A stretch of 64,000 bases of DNA, taken from assembly GCA_003568415.1 (NCBI GenBank), contig PWXV01000336.1, forward strand, positions 69,774 to 133,773. The letters run 5' to 3'. Below, one piece after another: positions 46,609-57,272 of this stretch (the first letter of the stretch is position 1; each line of letters opens with the position of its first letter). The DNA is from Ignavibacteriales bacterium (lineage in GTDB: Bacteria; Bacteroidota; Ignavibacteria; T3Sed10-11). The notes beneath the pieces are model-generated. The model did not search any database and had not been told where the DNA came from. It was given only the letters and a program-made list of their open reading frames with translations. Both the position numbers and the translations under genes were made by a program.

Positions 46609-49125
46609 ATGAAAAAGGGAGTAAAAAAAAGCAAGCGAAACAACGCTCAGAAAAACAAGTCAAGAATTTCGCATCAACAAAAACGTTCTGTTGCCGCAAT
46701 TGCAATAACCGTCATCGGAATATTACTGCTCCTGAGTATTGTTTCGTATACACCTGCCGATGAGCCTGTCACCGATGTATCCGTACTTGAGTTGTGGAAG
46801 GTTTTTTCAGGTGATGCAGAAATTCAGGCAAAAGCCGATATCGCCCGGAACTGGCTTGGACTGATCGGTGCTATCGTTTCTCATTTTCTGATCAATTCGG
46901 CATTCGGGTATTCGGTGCTATTCTTTCCGTTGCTGATCATCACCTGGGGGTGGTATATATTCCGCGGTAAAGATCCGCGTAACCTGATAGTCCTTACCAA
47001 TTATACTCTCGTATTTATTATTCTTGCTGCCACAGCATTCGGTCTTGTGCGTTTGATGGCAGAAGAACCAGTCCTTACTATGAACTGGTCGGGCATGATC
47101 GGTGATTATCTTGCAAAGTCGATGTCCAAATTGATAGGACTGGTCGGCAGTTCAATTGTAACGCTTACACTTTTAATCATTACAATCGTATTTGCAATTG
47201 ATCTTAATCTTCAGCGTTCTCTCGATCGCGTTAAACACGGCTATGCCCGTATAATTGACGGTAAAAACCGTAAGGTGAATGAATGGCGGCAGAGAAGTGC
47301 CGAACGAAAAGCTATGCGGCAGCAAGAACGGGATGAACGCGAAGCGGAGGAAATCACCGCACGTGAACCGCAACAGCCTGAAAGAAGTACAAAAGTTCGT
47401 CAACCGGTTATTGTCCACGCAGATGAAGAAGAACATTATGAGAAAGCTTCTGCACAGGGCATAAAACAAGACAGGCTGCATCAGGATAGAAACGGTTCAT
47501 CGCAAGGGGATCAGATTGAATCCGGTGTGGATAGCAATCAGGATGATTTAGAACTGACTATAAAGGAAGGTGTAAAAGAGGAGGAAGCCGATCCCGATAA
47601 GACCCCACAGTCCTATATCGCTTCCGATACCCCTGAAGAGATCGATTATGTTTTCCCGTCAATTGAATTGCTTGAAAGCGGATCATCCGCAACTAATGTA
47701 AACGACGAGGAGCTGAAATCAAATGCCGAGTTGTTGCGTGAAAAGCTAGCCGATTTTGGTGTAGAGATAGAAAGTGTAAGTGTAACACCGGGACCGGTCC
47801 TCACATTATATGAGCTTGTTCCGGCAACCGGGGTTAAGATCAGTAAAATCACAAGCCTTGCCGACGATCTTGCTCTTGCGCTTCAGGCAAAAGGTATACG
47901 AATACTTGCCCCGATACCGGGCAAAGGTGTAGTCGGAGTTGAAATACCGAATCACAATCCGTCAGTTGTAACGTTCAGAAGTGTCGTTAATTCGCGGAAA
48001 TTTCAGGAGTCAAGGTTCGCCCTCCCGATGGCAATGGGTAAAACAATTTCAGGTGAAGTATATGTGGACGATCTCGCGAAATTTCCACACCTTCTCATAG
48101 CAGGATCTACCGGATCAGGAAAGAGTGTTGGTATTAACACGATCATTGCCAGTTTTCTCTACCGGTTACATCCCTCGGATATTAAATTTGTAATTATCGA
48201 TCCCAAAAAAATCGAGTTAACCCCATACCGACAGCTTGATCGCCATTATCTTGCAGTATCGCCCGATATCGATGAGTCGATTGCAACCAATGCACAAAAT
48301 GCCGTAACTGTGCTCCGTGGTGTAGAGATAGAGATGGAGAAGCGGTACGATACGCTTGCAAGTGCCGGAGTCAGAAATATTCACGATTATAATAAAAAAG
48401 TCACAGCCGGTAATATTAAAACAACCGATGGTGTAAAGCACAAAAAGTTACCGTATCTCGTTGTAATCATCGATGAGCTTGCGGATCTGATGCTTACCGC
48501 GGCAAAGGATGTTGAAGATCCGATTGCACGATTGGCACAGCTTGCCCGCGCTGTTGGAATTCATTTGATCCTGGCAACCCAGAGACCGTCGGTTAATGTT
48601 ATCACCGGAGTTATTAAAGCGAACTTCTCCGCCCGCATTGCATATCAGGTAGCACAGAAAAATGATTCGCGTACTATACTCGATATGAATGGTGCGGAAC
48701 AATTACTCGGTAACGGAGATATGTTGTATCTCCCGAGCGGTAGTCCGAAACCGACCCGGTTACAGAATTCGTTCATCTCAACAGATGAGGTAGAGTGTCT
48801 CACGGCACACATAAAAAAACAACCGGGATATTCTAAGCCCTATTACCTGCCGTCGGTCGTTGAGAAAAAGAAATCAGGATACGGCGGTGGTGATGATGCG
48901 CGGGATGATCTGTTTGAAGAAGCTGCAGAGCTGGTTGTTCGACATCAACAGGGATCCGTTTCTCTGATACAACGTCGTTTGAAAGTAGGGTACTCGCGTG
49001 CTGCCCGCATTATTGATGAACTGGAAGCCGCAGGTATTGTTGGACCGTTTGACGGGAGCAAAGCCCGCCAGGTACTTGTTGAAACTGATAGCGAATTGCA
49101 TATGATATTAGAATCTCTAAAATAA
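46609..49125 (+). CDS. ftsK: DNA translocase FtsK
   Basis: 4TM N-terminus, PHLLIAGSTGSGKS, IIDELADLM, ATQRPSV, gamma domain IQRRLKVGYSRA. Confidence 0.97.
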   Translation: MKKGVKKSKRNNAQKNKSRISHQQKRSVAAIAITVIGILLLLSIVSYTPADEPVTDVSVLELWKVFSGDAEIQAKADIARNWLGLIGAIVSHFLINSAFGYSVLFFPLLIITWGWYIFRGKDPRNLIVLTNYTLVFIILAATAFGLVRLMAEEPVLTMNWSGMIGDYLAKSMSKLIGLVGSSIVTLTLLIITIVFAIDLNLQRSLDRVKHGYARIIDGKNRKVNEWRQRSAERKAMRQQERDEREAEEITAREPQQPERSTKVRQPVIVHADEEEHYEKASAQGIKQDRLHQDRNGSSQGDQIESGVDSNQDDLELTIKEGVKEEEADPDKTPQSYIASDTPEEIDYVFPSIELLESGSSATNVNDEELKSNAELLREKLADFGVEIESVSVTPGPVLTLYELVPATGVKISKITSLADDLALALQAKGIRILAPIPGKGVVGVEIPNHNPSVVTFRSVVNSRKFQESRFALPMAMGKTISGEVYVDDLAKFPHLLIAGSTGSGKSVGINTIIASFLYRLHPSDIKFVIIDPKKIELTPYRQLDRHYLAVSPDIDESIATNAQNAVTVLRGVEIEMEKRYDTLASAGVRNIHDYNKKVTAGNIKTTDGVKHKKLPYLVVIIDELADLMLTAAKDVEDPIARLAQLARAVGIHLILATQRPSVNVITGVIKANFSARIAYQVAQKNDSRTILDMNGAEQLLGNGDMLYLPSGSPKPTRLQNSFISTDEVECLTAHIKKQPGYSKPYYLPSVVEKKKSGYGGGDDARDDLFEEAAELVVRHQQGSVSLIQRRLKVGYSRAARIIDELEAAGIVGPFDGSKARQVLVETDSELHMILESLK

Positions 49126-49141
49126 TAAAGGAGGGAGGGAA

Positions 49142-49768
49142 ATGCATACATTAGTATTACTGTGGGGAATGTTGGTTGTTGGCATAGGAACACTTGGTGC
49201 TCAGGAGAGCATCGTACAGAATGTGCAAAATACTTACGATAATATTGATAATGCCGTTATTGTCTATGAGCAAATTTCTGAGTTTCCGGTAACGAGAAGA
49301 GAACAAACATTTGAGGGCGTCGTTTATATGAAGCGGCCGAATTATTACCGCGTCGAATCCGAACAACAAACAGTGGTAACTGATGGCAACACTATTTGGT
49401 CGTATAATCCTTTTACCGACCAGGTAATAATTGATTTGTATCAGGAAGAGGAACAGATGTTCACACCCGATCGCTTTCTGCTTAATATTCCCGACGAATT
49501 TTATGTTACGGTCGGAGACCGAGAGACGGTGGAGGGACAGTCGCTCATTATGCTTCGGTTAGTTCCGAAGGATGATCACCAGTTTGTGCGGTCGATGCGT
49601 CTCTGGGTGGACGATAGTCGCTGGATAGTTATGAAGGCAGAGGTGATAGATCTGAATGAAAACAAAAACACATATCACGTTCGTGATATTCAGATAAATG
49701 AGGGGGTTGATGAAAATTTGTTTTCCTATCAACCGCCCGAAAATGTTGAAATAATAGACCTACGCTAA
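49142..49768 (+). CDS. lolA: outer membrane lipoprotein carrier LolA family
   Basis: Signal peptide, MKRPNYYR, VTDGNTIWSYNP, FSYQPP; ftsK-lolA synteny. Confidence 0.85.
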   Translation: MHTLVLLWGMLVVGIGTLGAQESIVQNVQNTYDNIDNAVIVYEQISEFPVTRREQTFEGVVYMKRPNYYRVESEQQTVVTDGNTIWSYNPFTDQVIIDLYQEEEQMFTPDRFLLNIPDEFYVTVGDRETVEGQSLIMLRLVPKDDHQFVRSMRLWVDDSRWIVMKAEVIDLNENKNTYHVRDIQINEGVDENLFSYQPPENVEIIDLR

Positions 49769-49783
49769 TGTAATCGGAACCGG

Positions 49784-50812
49784 ATGGCATATCGTTTACG
49801 AACACTCACCAATTTTATCATCGGTATTACTCTTACCGGTATATTTTTATTTATAGCATTTCGCGGCACTGATTTTGCCGAGTTATGGTTTATTATTCAA
49901 AATGTAAATGCATGGTGGGTGCTTACTGCCTTTCCACTTTTAATGGTGAGCCACTATGTACGTGCCTGGCGATGGCAGCTCCTGCTTGTGCCGGTTAAAG
50001 ATCGGGTTGGACGCGGGAACGCTTTCTCCAGTTTACTGATAGGATATCTCGCGAATAATATAATACCGCGGTCCGGAGAGATTGTGCGGCCATACACGCT
50101 GGGCAGGATCGAGAATATTTCTAAGGCATCGACGTTCGGATCGGTATTTCTCGAACGAATGATTGATCTCATAACACTTTTAATCTGTTTGGGTTTAATA
50201 TTTCTCGTTTTCCAACGAACTGTTACAGATCAGTTTGCGTGGTGGAACACACTTAGTTTAATCGCAGTTGCGTTGACTGCAATCTTTATAGTATCAATTG
50301 TATTATTGTTATACCAACGCGATTTTATGCTCCGCTTTGCGAAAATTGTTTTATTTCCTTTCTCGGAGCGTATACAACAAAAGGGGGAAGAGGTCTTCCA
50401 TTCTTTTGTTGACGGTATGATGATACTGAGACAGCGGAGTAATTTGGTTTCAATAGTTGTCCTCACCATTGCAATGTGGATATTTTATATCTTTGCCGCT
50501 TATCTGCCGTTATTCGCTTTTAATCTCGGTGATACGCCGGTGAATATTATGACAGGATTTGTTTTGACTATCGTTACTTCATTAAGTGTTATCGTCCCGA
50601 CACCCGGTGCCACAGGTTCGTACCATACTTTTACGGTGGAGACATTGACCAGGTTGTATGGTTTACAACGTGAAGTTGCACTCGGCTATGCGACATTAAC
50701 CCACGCGGTTGGTTATTTCTCGGTTATATTTGTCGGCTTGTTTTATTTATTACGGTATAATCTCCGGCTCCGGGATTTCTTCACACAAGTTGAAACCGAA
50801 AACAAGGAATAA
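49784..50812 (+). CDS. lysylphosphatidylglycerol synthase TM-domain (UPF0104) flippase-like protein
   Basis: RAWRWQLLL, NNIIPRSGEIVRP, ERMID, PTPGATGSYH. Confidence 0.85.
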   Translation: MAYRLRTLTNFIIGITLTGIFLFIAFRGTDFAELWFIIQNVNAWWVLTAFPLLMVSHYVRAWRWQLLLVPVKDRVGRGNAFSSLLIGYLANNIIPRSGEIVRPYTLGRIENISKASTFGSVFLERMIDLITLLICLGLIFLVFQRTVTDQFAWWNTLSLIAVALTAIFIVSIVLLLYQRDFMLRFAKIVLFPFSERIQQKGEEVFHSFVDGMMILRQRSNLVSIVVLTIAMWIFYIFAAYLPLFAFNLGDTPVNIMTGFVLTIVTSLSVIVPTPGATGSYHTFTVETLTRLYGLQREVALGYATLTHAVGYFSVIFVGLFYLLRYNLRLRDFFTQVETENKE

Positions 50813-50821
50813 GCGGTACAG

Positions 50822-51514
50822 ATGAAAAAAATATTTTTATATTGCTCGATATTCTTAGTACTGTTTGTACTGCCTAAGCTGAACGCCGACGATATGCAAG
50901 ACAATGTGATTTTACAATACCGGTACGGGATCGGTGGTGGAATGGGGGTAAGCGCGATCAGCGTAAACGAGGTTGTTTCGTATTTAAATCTATTATATAT
51001 ACCTGATATCTACAGCAGAATTTCAGAATTTAGTTCCTCAATTGAATTCTTCGGCAGCTATGATCATTTTATCAATCCAAACTTTGCCGCGGGATTTGAA
51101 TATTCCTATTTGTTGGGATCTCATAATATCTCAACAGGATTCGGGTCTAACGATTTTACCTATTCGTATCATATGCCGTTATTACTTGTTCATTATGTAC
51201 TAGGCGGTTCCGAATATTTTTTTAAATTTGGCGGAGGTCTTGGATATATATTCGCCCGGTTCAAGGAGGATCTTGCAGCTCTTCCCGATGCAATTGTCTA
51301 TACCGGCGGGGGTATTGGTGGTAAAGCACAAGCTGTCGGCCATACACCGTTTGGTGATAATCTGTTTGGTTATATCGGTGTTGAAATGCGGTTCGCGTTT
51401 CCGGGGTCGGTTCACGATGACGAAGGCAAAGCATTAACCGACGGTCGTGACGATGTGTCATTAAACTTTTTTTCATTCGGGCTTAAATTCGGCCTTATGT
51501 ATTATTTTAATTAA
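50822..51514 (+). CDS. outer membrane beta-barrel protein
   Basis: Signal peptide, alternating beta-strand pattern, aromatic C-terminus GLMYYFN. Confidence 0.7.
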   Translation: MKKIFLYCSIFLVLFVLPKLNADDMQDNVILQYRYGIGGGMGVSAISVNEVVSYLNLLYIPDIYSRISEFSSSIEFFGSYDHFINPNFAAGFEYSYLLGSHNISTGFGSNDFTYSYHMPLLLVHYVLGGSEYFFKFGGGLGYIFARFKEDLAALPDAIVYTGGGIGGKAQAVGHTPFGDNLFGYIGVEMRFAFPGSVHDDEGKALTDGRDDVSLNFFSFGLKFGLMYYFN

Positions 51515-51522
51515 GAATTGTC

Positions 51523-52338
51523 ATGTCTTTTCTCGATGCTCTAATACTTGGATTAATACAGGGCTTGACTGAATTTTTACCGGTCAGCAGTTCAGGTCAT
51601 CTTGTCCTTGGTCAGGAAGTACTCGGTGTGCTGGCTGACGACAATATTACTTTTGAGGTGTTTGTACATTTTGGTACGTTATTCAGCATACTTGCCATAT
51701 TCTGGCGGGATGTCTGGCAGATATTCTCATCGTTATTTCAGGCAGTGAGACGTCCGGGTTCGATACCGGTACTGCTCAAAGAAGATGAACATTTCAAGCT
51801 TGCTGTGCTTATACTCATCGGTTCCATACCTGCGGCAGTTATTGGTCTATCATTTAAACCGTATGTTGAGCGTGCTTTTTCGGATGTTAATCTTGTGGGT
51901 GTGATGCTGATGATTACAGGTTTGGTACTGTTCCTGACACGATTATCCCGCCCAAAACCTGATAAAATGGTTGGCTGGGGCACGGCAATATTTATAGGGT
52001 TTGCTCAGGCGTTTGCAATAATGCCCGGTATATCACGGGCGGGCATGACAATTAGTGCGGGACTTTTCTCGGGTGTGGCACGCGAACAGGCGGCACGATA
52101 TTCTTTTTTACTTGCACTCCCTGCTATTTTCGGCGCGACATTGCTCGAAACATTTGAAATAACCGGCCAGCCAATTGAATCGCATTTTGTAATCGCGCTG
52201 GTGATAGGCACGGTCGCAGCCTTTGTGGCAGGATATGTTGCTATAAAAACTATTTTTGTTGTTTTAAAAAAGGATAAATTTAGTTACTTTTCATTTTATT
52301 GTTTGGCTGTAGGTTTAATTGTTATTTTATTGACATAA
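51523..52338 (+). CDS. uppP: undecaprenyl-diphosphatase
   Basis: QGLTEFLPVSSSGHL, PGISRAG, ARYSFLL. Confidence 0.96.
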   Translation: MSFLDALILGLIQGLTEFLPVSSSGHLVLGQEVLGVLADDNITFEVFVHFGTLFSILAIFWRDVWQIFSSLFQAVRRPGSIPVLLKEDEHFKLAVLILIGSIPAAVIGLSFKPYVERAFSDVNLVGVMLMITGLVLFLTRLSRPKPDKMVGWGTAIFIGFAQAFAIMPGISRAGMTISAGLFSGVAREQAARYSFLLALPAIFGATLLETFEITGQPIESHFVIALVIGTVAAFVAGYVAIKTIFVVLKKDKFSYFSFYCLAVGLIVILLT

Positions 52339-52357
52339 TTAATTCGAGGAGGAAATA

Positions 52358-52981
52358 ATGCACAGATATTTTTTTCTAACACTGATCACAACAGTACTTA
52401 TGTTAATAGTTGCATGTGGTCAACAGGAAAACGGGGGTGAAATGCAGGAGGCACAAGCCACAAACGATGACCCGGTAACCGGCGATTCACTTGTTGTAAT
52501 CGAAACAACTATGGGAACAATACAAATTGAATTGTTTACCGAAGATGCACCATTGCATTCGGAAAACTTCAAAAAACTTGCACGAGAAGGTTTTTATAAC
52601 GGCACAACGTTTCACCGGGTGATCCCGGGTTTCGTTGCACAGGGCGGTGATCCGAATTCACGCTCTGAAGATCGGAGTGTCCATGGCCGCGGCGGCCCGG
52701 GATATACCATTCCCGCAGAGATCGGCATTGATCATAAGCGCTCGTATGTTGCAGCGGCACGGCTCGGCGATCAGGTGAATCCCGAACGCGAATCAAGCGG
52801 CAGCCAGTTCTATATTTGTCTTGATGATCTCCCGAGTCTTGATGGAGCATATACTGTATTCGGCCGGGTGGTTGACGGTATGGATGTTGTTGATCAGATA
52901 GCAGAGGTAGAGACCGATCAAAATGATAATCCTGTTGAACGAATAGAAATGCAAAATGTCACACTAATTCCGAAAGAATAA
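52358..52981 (+). CDS. cyclophilin-type peptidyl-prolyl isomerase, lipoprotein
   Basis: Lipobox LIVAC, FHRVIPGFVAQGGD, SGSQFYI, YTVFGRV. Confidence 0.93.
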   Translation: MHRYFFLTLITTVLMLIVACGQQENGGEMQEAQATNDDPVTGDSLVVIETTMGTIQIELFTEDAPLHSENFKKLAREGFYNGTTFHRVIPGFVAQGGDPNSRSEDRSVHGRGGPGYTIPAEIGIDHKRSYVAAARLGDQVNPERESSGSQFYICLDDLPSLDGAYTVFGRVVDGMDVVDQIAEVETDQNDNPVERIEMQNVTLIPKE

Positions 52982-52985
52982 TCAT

Positions 52986-54473
52986 ATGAGCAGCCGACAA
53001 GAGTTTTTTACCTCCCGGTGGGGGATGATTCTTGCGGTGATAGGAATTGCGGTGGGAACCGGAAACATCTGGCGATTTCCCCGTATTGTTGCACAGAATG
53101 ACGGCGGATCATTTCTCATACCCTGGATAATCTTCCTTTTTATATGGTCGATCCCGCTGATTATTGCCGAGATCGCTATCGGTAAAAAAACCCGAAAAGG
53201 AACCATCGGTGCACTGTCTGAGATGGCCGGAGAAAAATTCGGATGGATGGGTGCATTTGTAGGTTTTGTCGCAACGGCTATTATGTTTTACTATGCAGTT
53301 GTTGCGGGGTGGTGTATAAATTATCTGTATTCTTCGTTTTCCGGTACCATTGTTACGACGGCAGACCACGTAGCATTGTGGGATTCGTTTACTGCCGGTT
53401 ATCAACCGCTTTTCTTCCATGCTATTGCCATGCTCATCGGTGTGTATATTATCTACCGCGGCGTAGTTGATGGCATTGAACGCTGGAACCGGATTCTCAT
53501 CCCCTCACTTCTCGTTATGCTTTTAATCCTGGCCGTGCGGGCACTGACGCTTGACGGTGCGATGGAAGGTATCGCCTATCTGTTTACACCGAATCTTGAA
53601 CGGTTGTTTGACCACCGTATCTGGCTGCAGGCACTTACGCAAAATGCTTGGGATACCGGTGCGGGCTGGGGATTGATTTTAACATATGCAATATATCTTC
53701 GCAAACGGGAAGATATTGCGCTCAATGCTGCAGTAACCGGTTTGAGTAATAACTCGGTTTCACTTCTTGCCGCAATCATTGTATTTGCAACTATATTCGG
53801 CATTGCCGGTGCTGCCGGTGTTGAAGAACTTGAGATCGGTACCGGTAGTACAAATATCGGTATGGCATTTATTTTTCTGCCGCAACTGTTCACACAGATG
53901 CCCGGTGGACCGTTGGTACAGAGTTTCTTCTCGAGTATCTTCTTTCTGTCGCTGAGTGTAGCAGCAATCAGTTCGCTCATTTCAATGATCGAACTGGCCG
54001 TTCGGGTGTTTATGGATATGGGATTAATGCGCCGTAATGCTATTTTAATTGTCGGTTCACTCGGCTTTTTGTTCGGTATTCCATCGGCATTGAGTTTGAC
54101 TGTATTCTATAATCAGGATTGGGTTTGGGGAGTTGGCTTGATGATAAGCGGTGGGTTTATATCATTCTCGGTAATAAAGTTTGGTGCGGATAAATTCAGA
54201 CGTGAGGTTGTCAATGGTGAAGGTTCGGACGTACAGATCGGAAAGTGGTATAACTATGTGATATCGCTGCTTATCCCGCTGCAAGTTATTGTTTTAATTG
54301 TGTGGTGGTTGTACTCGTCAACACAATGGGACCCGGAAGGTTGGTGGAACCCATTCGGAGCCGAGACACTCGGGACTTGCCTTTTCCAGTGGGGAATCAT
54401 TCTCGCACTCTTTATAGGTTTCAATAAAGTCATTGTTAGAAGAACTATGAAACATACAGCAAAAAGAACATAA
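52986..54473 (+). CDS. NSS family sodium-dependent amino acid transporter
   Basis: GIAVGTGNIWRFP, GGSFLIPW, about 12 TMs. Confidence 0.93.
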   Translation: MSSRQEFFTSRWGMILAVIGIAVGTGNIWRFPRIVAQNDGGSFLIPWIIFLFIWSIPLIIAEIAIGKKTRKGTIGALSEMAGEKFGWMGAFVGFVATAIMFYYAVVAGWCINYLYSSFSGTIVTTADHVALWDSFTAGYQPLFFHAIAMLIGVYIIYRGVVDGIERWNRILIPSLLVMLLILAVRALTLDGAMEGIAYLFTPNLERLFDHRIWLQALTQNAWDTGAGWGLILTYAIYLRKREDIALNAAVTGLSNNSVSLLAAIIVFATIFGIAGAAGVEELEIGTGSTNIGMAFIFLPQLFTQMPGGPLVQSFFSSIFFLSLSVAAISSLISMIELAVRVFMDMGLMRRNAILIVGSLGFLFGIPSALSLTVFYNQDWVWGVGLMISGGFISFSVIKFGADKFRREVVNGEGSDVQIGKWYNYVISLLIPLQVIVLIVWWLYSSTQWDPEGWWNPFGAETLGTCLFQWGIILALFIGFNKVIVRRTMKHTAKRT

Positions 54474-54475
54474 GT

Positions 54476-54595
54476 ATGGATACTGCTACCGTAATTACGA
54501 TGATCTTTGTTCTCGGCATAGTCTGGGGTGGCTGTTTTTATGTTGTAAGTCTCGCCATGCGACGTGAGAGGAGAAAGATTGCTAATGAAAAGTAA
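54476..54595 (+). CDS. MetS-like NSS transporter small subunit, 39 aa (not in ORF track)
   Basis: MDTATVITMIFVLGIVWGGCFYVVSLAMRRERRKIANEK; single TM with WGG, 2 bp after the transporter stop. Confidence 0.8.
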   Translation: MDTATVITMIFVLGIVWGGCFYVVSLAMRRERRKIANEK

Positions 54596-55652
54596 AAGAG
54601 CTAAGAAAAACCCCGGACTTTCAATCGAAGATCTGCATCGATCGGTTAAACAGGGTTCGATAGCGCCTTGTTACCTGTTTGCAGGTCCCGAACAGTTTAC
54701 TGCCGACGAAGCGGTAACAATGCTTCGTGATGCACTCATTCCCGAAGATCAACGCAGTTTTAATTACGATGTACTATACGGTTACGAGGTACAATCGCAA
54801 GAAGTCGTCGCGCTCGCATCATCATACCCGATGATGGGAGAGAAACGTATGGTCGTTGTTAAAGAATTCGATAAATTGAAAAATCCCGACGGGGTCACTT
54901 CATATGTGAAAAATCCACTTGATTCAACAGTCCTGATTTTGATCAGTGAATCATCGGATAACCGGAAAAATCCCTATCGATTATTTAATGAGACCAATAC
55001 CCTTGCATGTAAACCAATTTATGATAATCAAGTGCCTCAATGGGTAGCGAAGCGGGTAAAGCGGTATAAAAAAACGATAACAGCCGAGGCGGCTGCAATG
55101 CTTGCAGCATATACCGGTACCTCATTGCGTCAAGTATCGAATGAGCTCGATAAACTCGATATTTACACAATCGACCGTAAAGAGATCACGATCGATGATG
55201 TTAATGCAGTAGTTGGGGTTACGAAAGCATTTAATATTTTCGAGTTATATAAGGCTATCGGAAAGAAAGATGCTGCAAATGCCGTAAATATACTGGACCG
55301 GATGCTCGAGCGAGGTGAAAGTCCGACAATGATTGTTACGATGCTGACGCGACTCTTTACGCAGATAACTATGCTGGCAGACCTTCATGCCAAAAATCTA
55401 TCACGTCAAAAAATTGCCCAGGAATTAAAAATTCACCCCTTTTTTATGGATGAATACTATGAGTATTTAAACCATCATCCTCCGGAATCGATATCCGACA
55501 GGTTCAGGTCTCTTTTAGAGGCCGATACCTCATTGAAGATGACGGGGAAGGATCCGGGTCTTGTGCTTTCTATTCTTTTATACCGGTTGATGGATAAAGA
55601 AGCTGCTTCACTCGATTTAGTCGAAGAATTAGCGAGTGAGTTCAGTGAGTGA
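54585..55652 (+). CDS. holA: DNA polymerase III delta subunit
   Basis: YLFAGPEQF, FNYDVLYG, YPMMGEKRMVVV, NELDKL, FNIFEL; ATG 54585 preferred. Confidence 0.92.
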   Translation: MKSKRAKKNPGLSIEDLHRSVKQGSIAPCYLFAGPEQFTADEAVTMLRDALIPEDQRSFNYDVLYGYEVQSQEVVALASSYPMMGEKRMVVVKEFDKLKNPDGVTSYVKNPLDSTVLILISESSDNRKNPYRLFNETNTLACKPIYDNQVPQWVAKRVKRYKKTITAEAAAMLAAYTGTSLRQVSNELDKLDIYTIDRKEITIDDVNAVVGVTKAFNIFELYKAIGKKDAANAVNILDRMLERGESPTMIVTMLTRLFTQITMLADLHAKNLSRQKIAQELKIHPFFMDEYYEYLNHHPPESISDRFRSLLEADTSLKMTGKDPGLVLSILLYRLMDKEAASLDLVEELASEFSE

Positions 55653-57201
55653 TTTTGATTTGTTTATTGATTTTGCCGGAGTGACTGCATACGAATGGCA
55701 GCTGTTTGCCGGTATGCTCATAGGTTTATTTACCTGTGTGGGTATTGCAGAAGCGCTTCGCAAAACCACGTCTCTTACCGGGAATACCACACGAAAAATC
55801 GTTCACATCCTTGTCGGAGTTTTTGTTTTTTTCGTTCCGATACTTTTTATATCGCCGATTCCCGGCATGATAATGTCGCTTCTATTTATCGGTGTTAATT
55901 ATATATCGGTACGGTTCAGATTGTTTAAGGGGATGGATGACACTTCCCGTGAGACGTATGGCACGGTGTATTTTCCGCTGGCTTTTCTAATCCTTATTAT
56001 ATTGTTCTGGGAATCATATCCGGTTATCATTTCGACATCGATACTCATTCTTGGTATATCGGATGCGGCTGCGGCATTTGTCGGAGAAAGCAGTAAAAAC
56101 CCGAGAACCTATAACCTGTCAGGGGATCGCAAGTCATTGCAGGGCAGTACTGCGATGTTTGTATTTACGTTCATCGTATCATTGTGCTGCCTTGTGTGGT
56201 ATCCATTTACACTTCCGGCAGATGCCCAGGTTGCCGGTTCGTCTGTGCTCTATATAATCTCAATCGCGATTGTAGTAGCTGGAGTGACTACCGTCGTTGA
56301 AGCTATGGCTGTACGCGGACTTGATAATTTATTCATTCCGTTGAGTGCTTCAATTATTTTATTTGTAGGATTGGAAGGAGCTGGGGTCATAGAGATTCAG
56401 TTATTGACCGGATTTATTTTCGCCGTCTTGGTAAGTGTTGCATCGCTACGTGCGGGTTTTCTTGCACCAAACGGAGCTGCCGCTACATTCCTTATGGCTG
56501 TGATAATTTTTGGTATCGGCGGATGGCAATGGACTATCCCAATGCTAACGTTTTTTATTCTTTCAAGTATCATTTCCAGGATGAAAAACAAACGGAAAGA
56601 AGCCGCAGAACAATTATTTGAAAAATCGCACCGGCGTGATATGGGACAGGTGGCCGCAAACGGCGGACTTGCTTCTCTTTTTGTCATACTTGAATTTATC
56701 TGGCCGGACCCTGTGTGGTATCTTGCCTATCTCGGTGCAATAGCAGCCGCAACCGCCGATACGTGGGGGACTGAGTTCGGCGTTTCATTTAGTTCCGGAG
56801 TACGGAATATTGTCACCTTCCGGAAAGTACCCCGCGGTACTTCGGGCGGGATTTCATTCGTCGGTACCGTTGCAGGTTTTGCTGGCGGAGCGGTGATAGC
56901 CCTGAGTGGTATACTGTGGTACCAGCAAACGACTGTGATTACCCCGCCATCGTTTGGATTCGTCGGACTGGTTGCAGGGGCCGGGATAGCTGGTAGTTTG
57001 TTTGACAGCTACCTCGGGGCAACCGTTCAGGCCATATATAAATGTCCGGTATGTGAAGCTCTTACAGAACGAAAATGTCATTGCGAGACTATCACTCATA
57101 AAGTAAGAGGCAAGGCCTGGATGACCAATGATTATGTGAACCTGGCGTGTACTGCTATGGGATCAATTGCTGCTATAGTGTTATATCTTCTGTATTTGTA
57201 A
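55636..57201 (+). CDS. phytol/dolichol kinase-like domain fused to DUF92 (TMEM19/VTE6-like)
   Basis: N-half TRKIVHI, GISDAAAAFVG, KSLQGS, GLDNL; C-half RRDMGQVAANG, AATADTWGTEFG, GTSGGIS, DSYLGATVQ, NDYVN. Confidence 0.85.
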   Translation: MSSVSDFDLFIDFAGVTAYEWQLFAGMLIGLFTCVGIAEALRKTTSLTGNTTRKIVHILVGVFVFFVPILFISPIPGMIMSLLFIGVNYISVRFRLFKGMDDTSRETYGTVYFPLAFLILIILFWESYPVIISTSILILGISDAAAAFVGESSKNPRTYNLSGDRKSLQGSTAMFVFTFIVSLCCLVWYPFTLPADAQVAGSSVLYIISIAIVVAGVTTVVEAMAVRGLDNLFIPLSASIILFVGLEGAGVIEIQLLTGFIFAVLVSVASLRAGFLAPNGAAATFLMAVIIFGIGGWQWTIPMLTFFILSSIISRMKNKRKEAAEQLFEKSHRRDMGQVAANGGLASLFVILEFIWPDPVWYLAYLGAIAAATADTWGTEFGVSFSSGVRNIVTFRKVPRGTSGGISFVGTVAGFAGGAVIALSGILWYQQTTVITPPSFGFVGLVAGAGIAGSLFDSYLGATVQAIYKCPVCEALTERKCHCETITHKVRGKAWMTNDYVNLACTAMGSIAAIVLYLLYL

Positions 57202-57272
57202 TTTGCTATTCATGAAGAATTTGTCGTTACTATTTTTTATAATACAATTTATACTCAGAGAGGAGATACACT

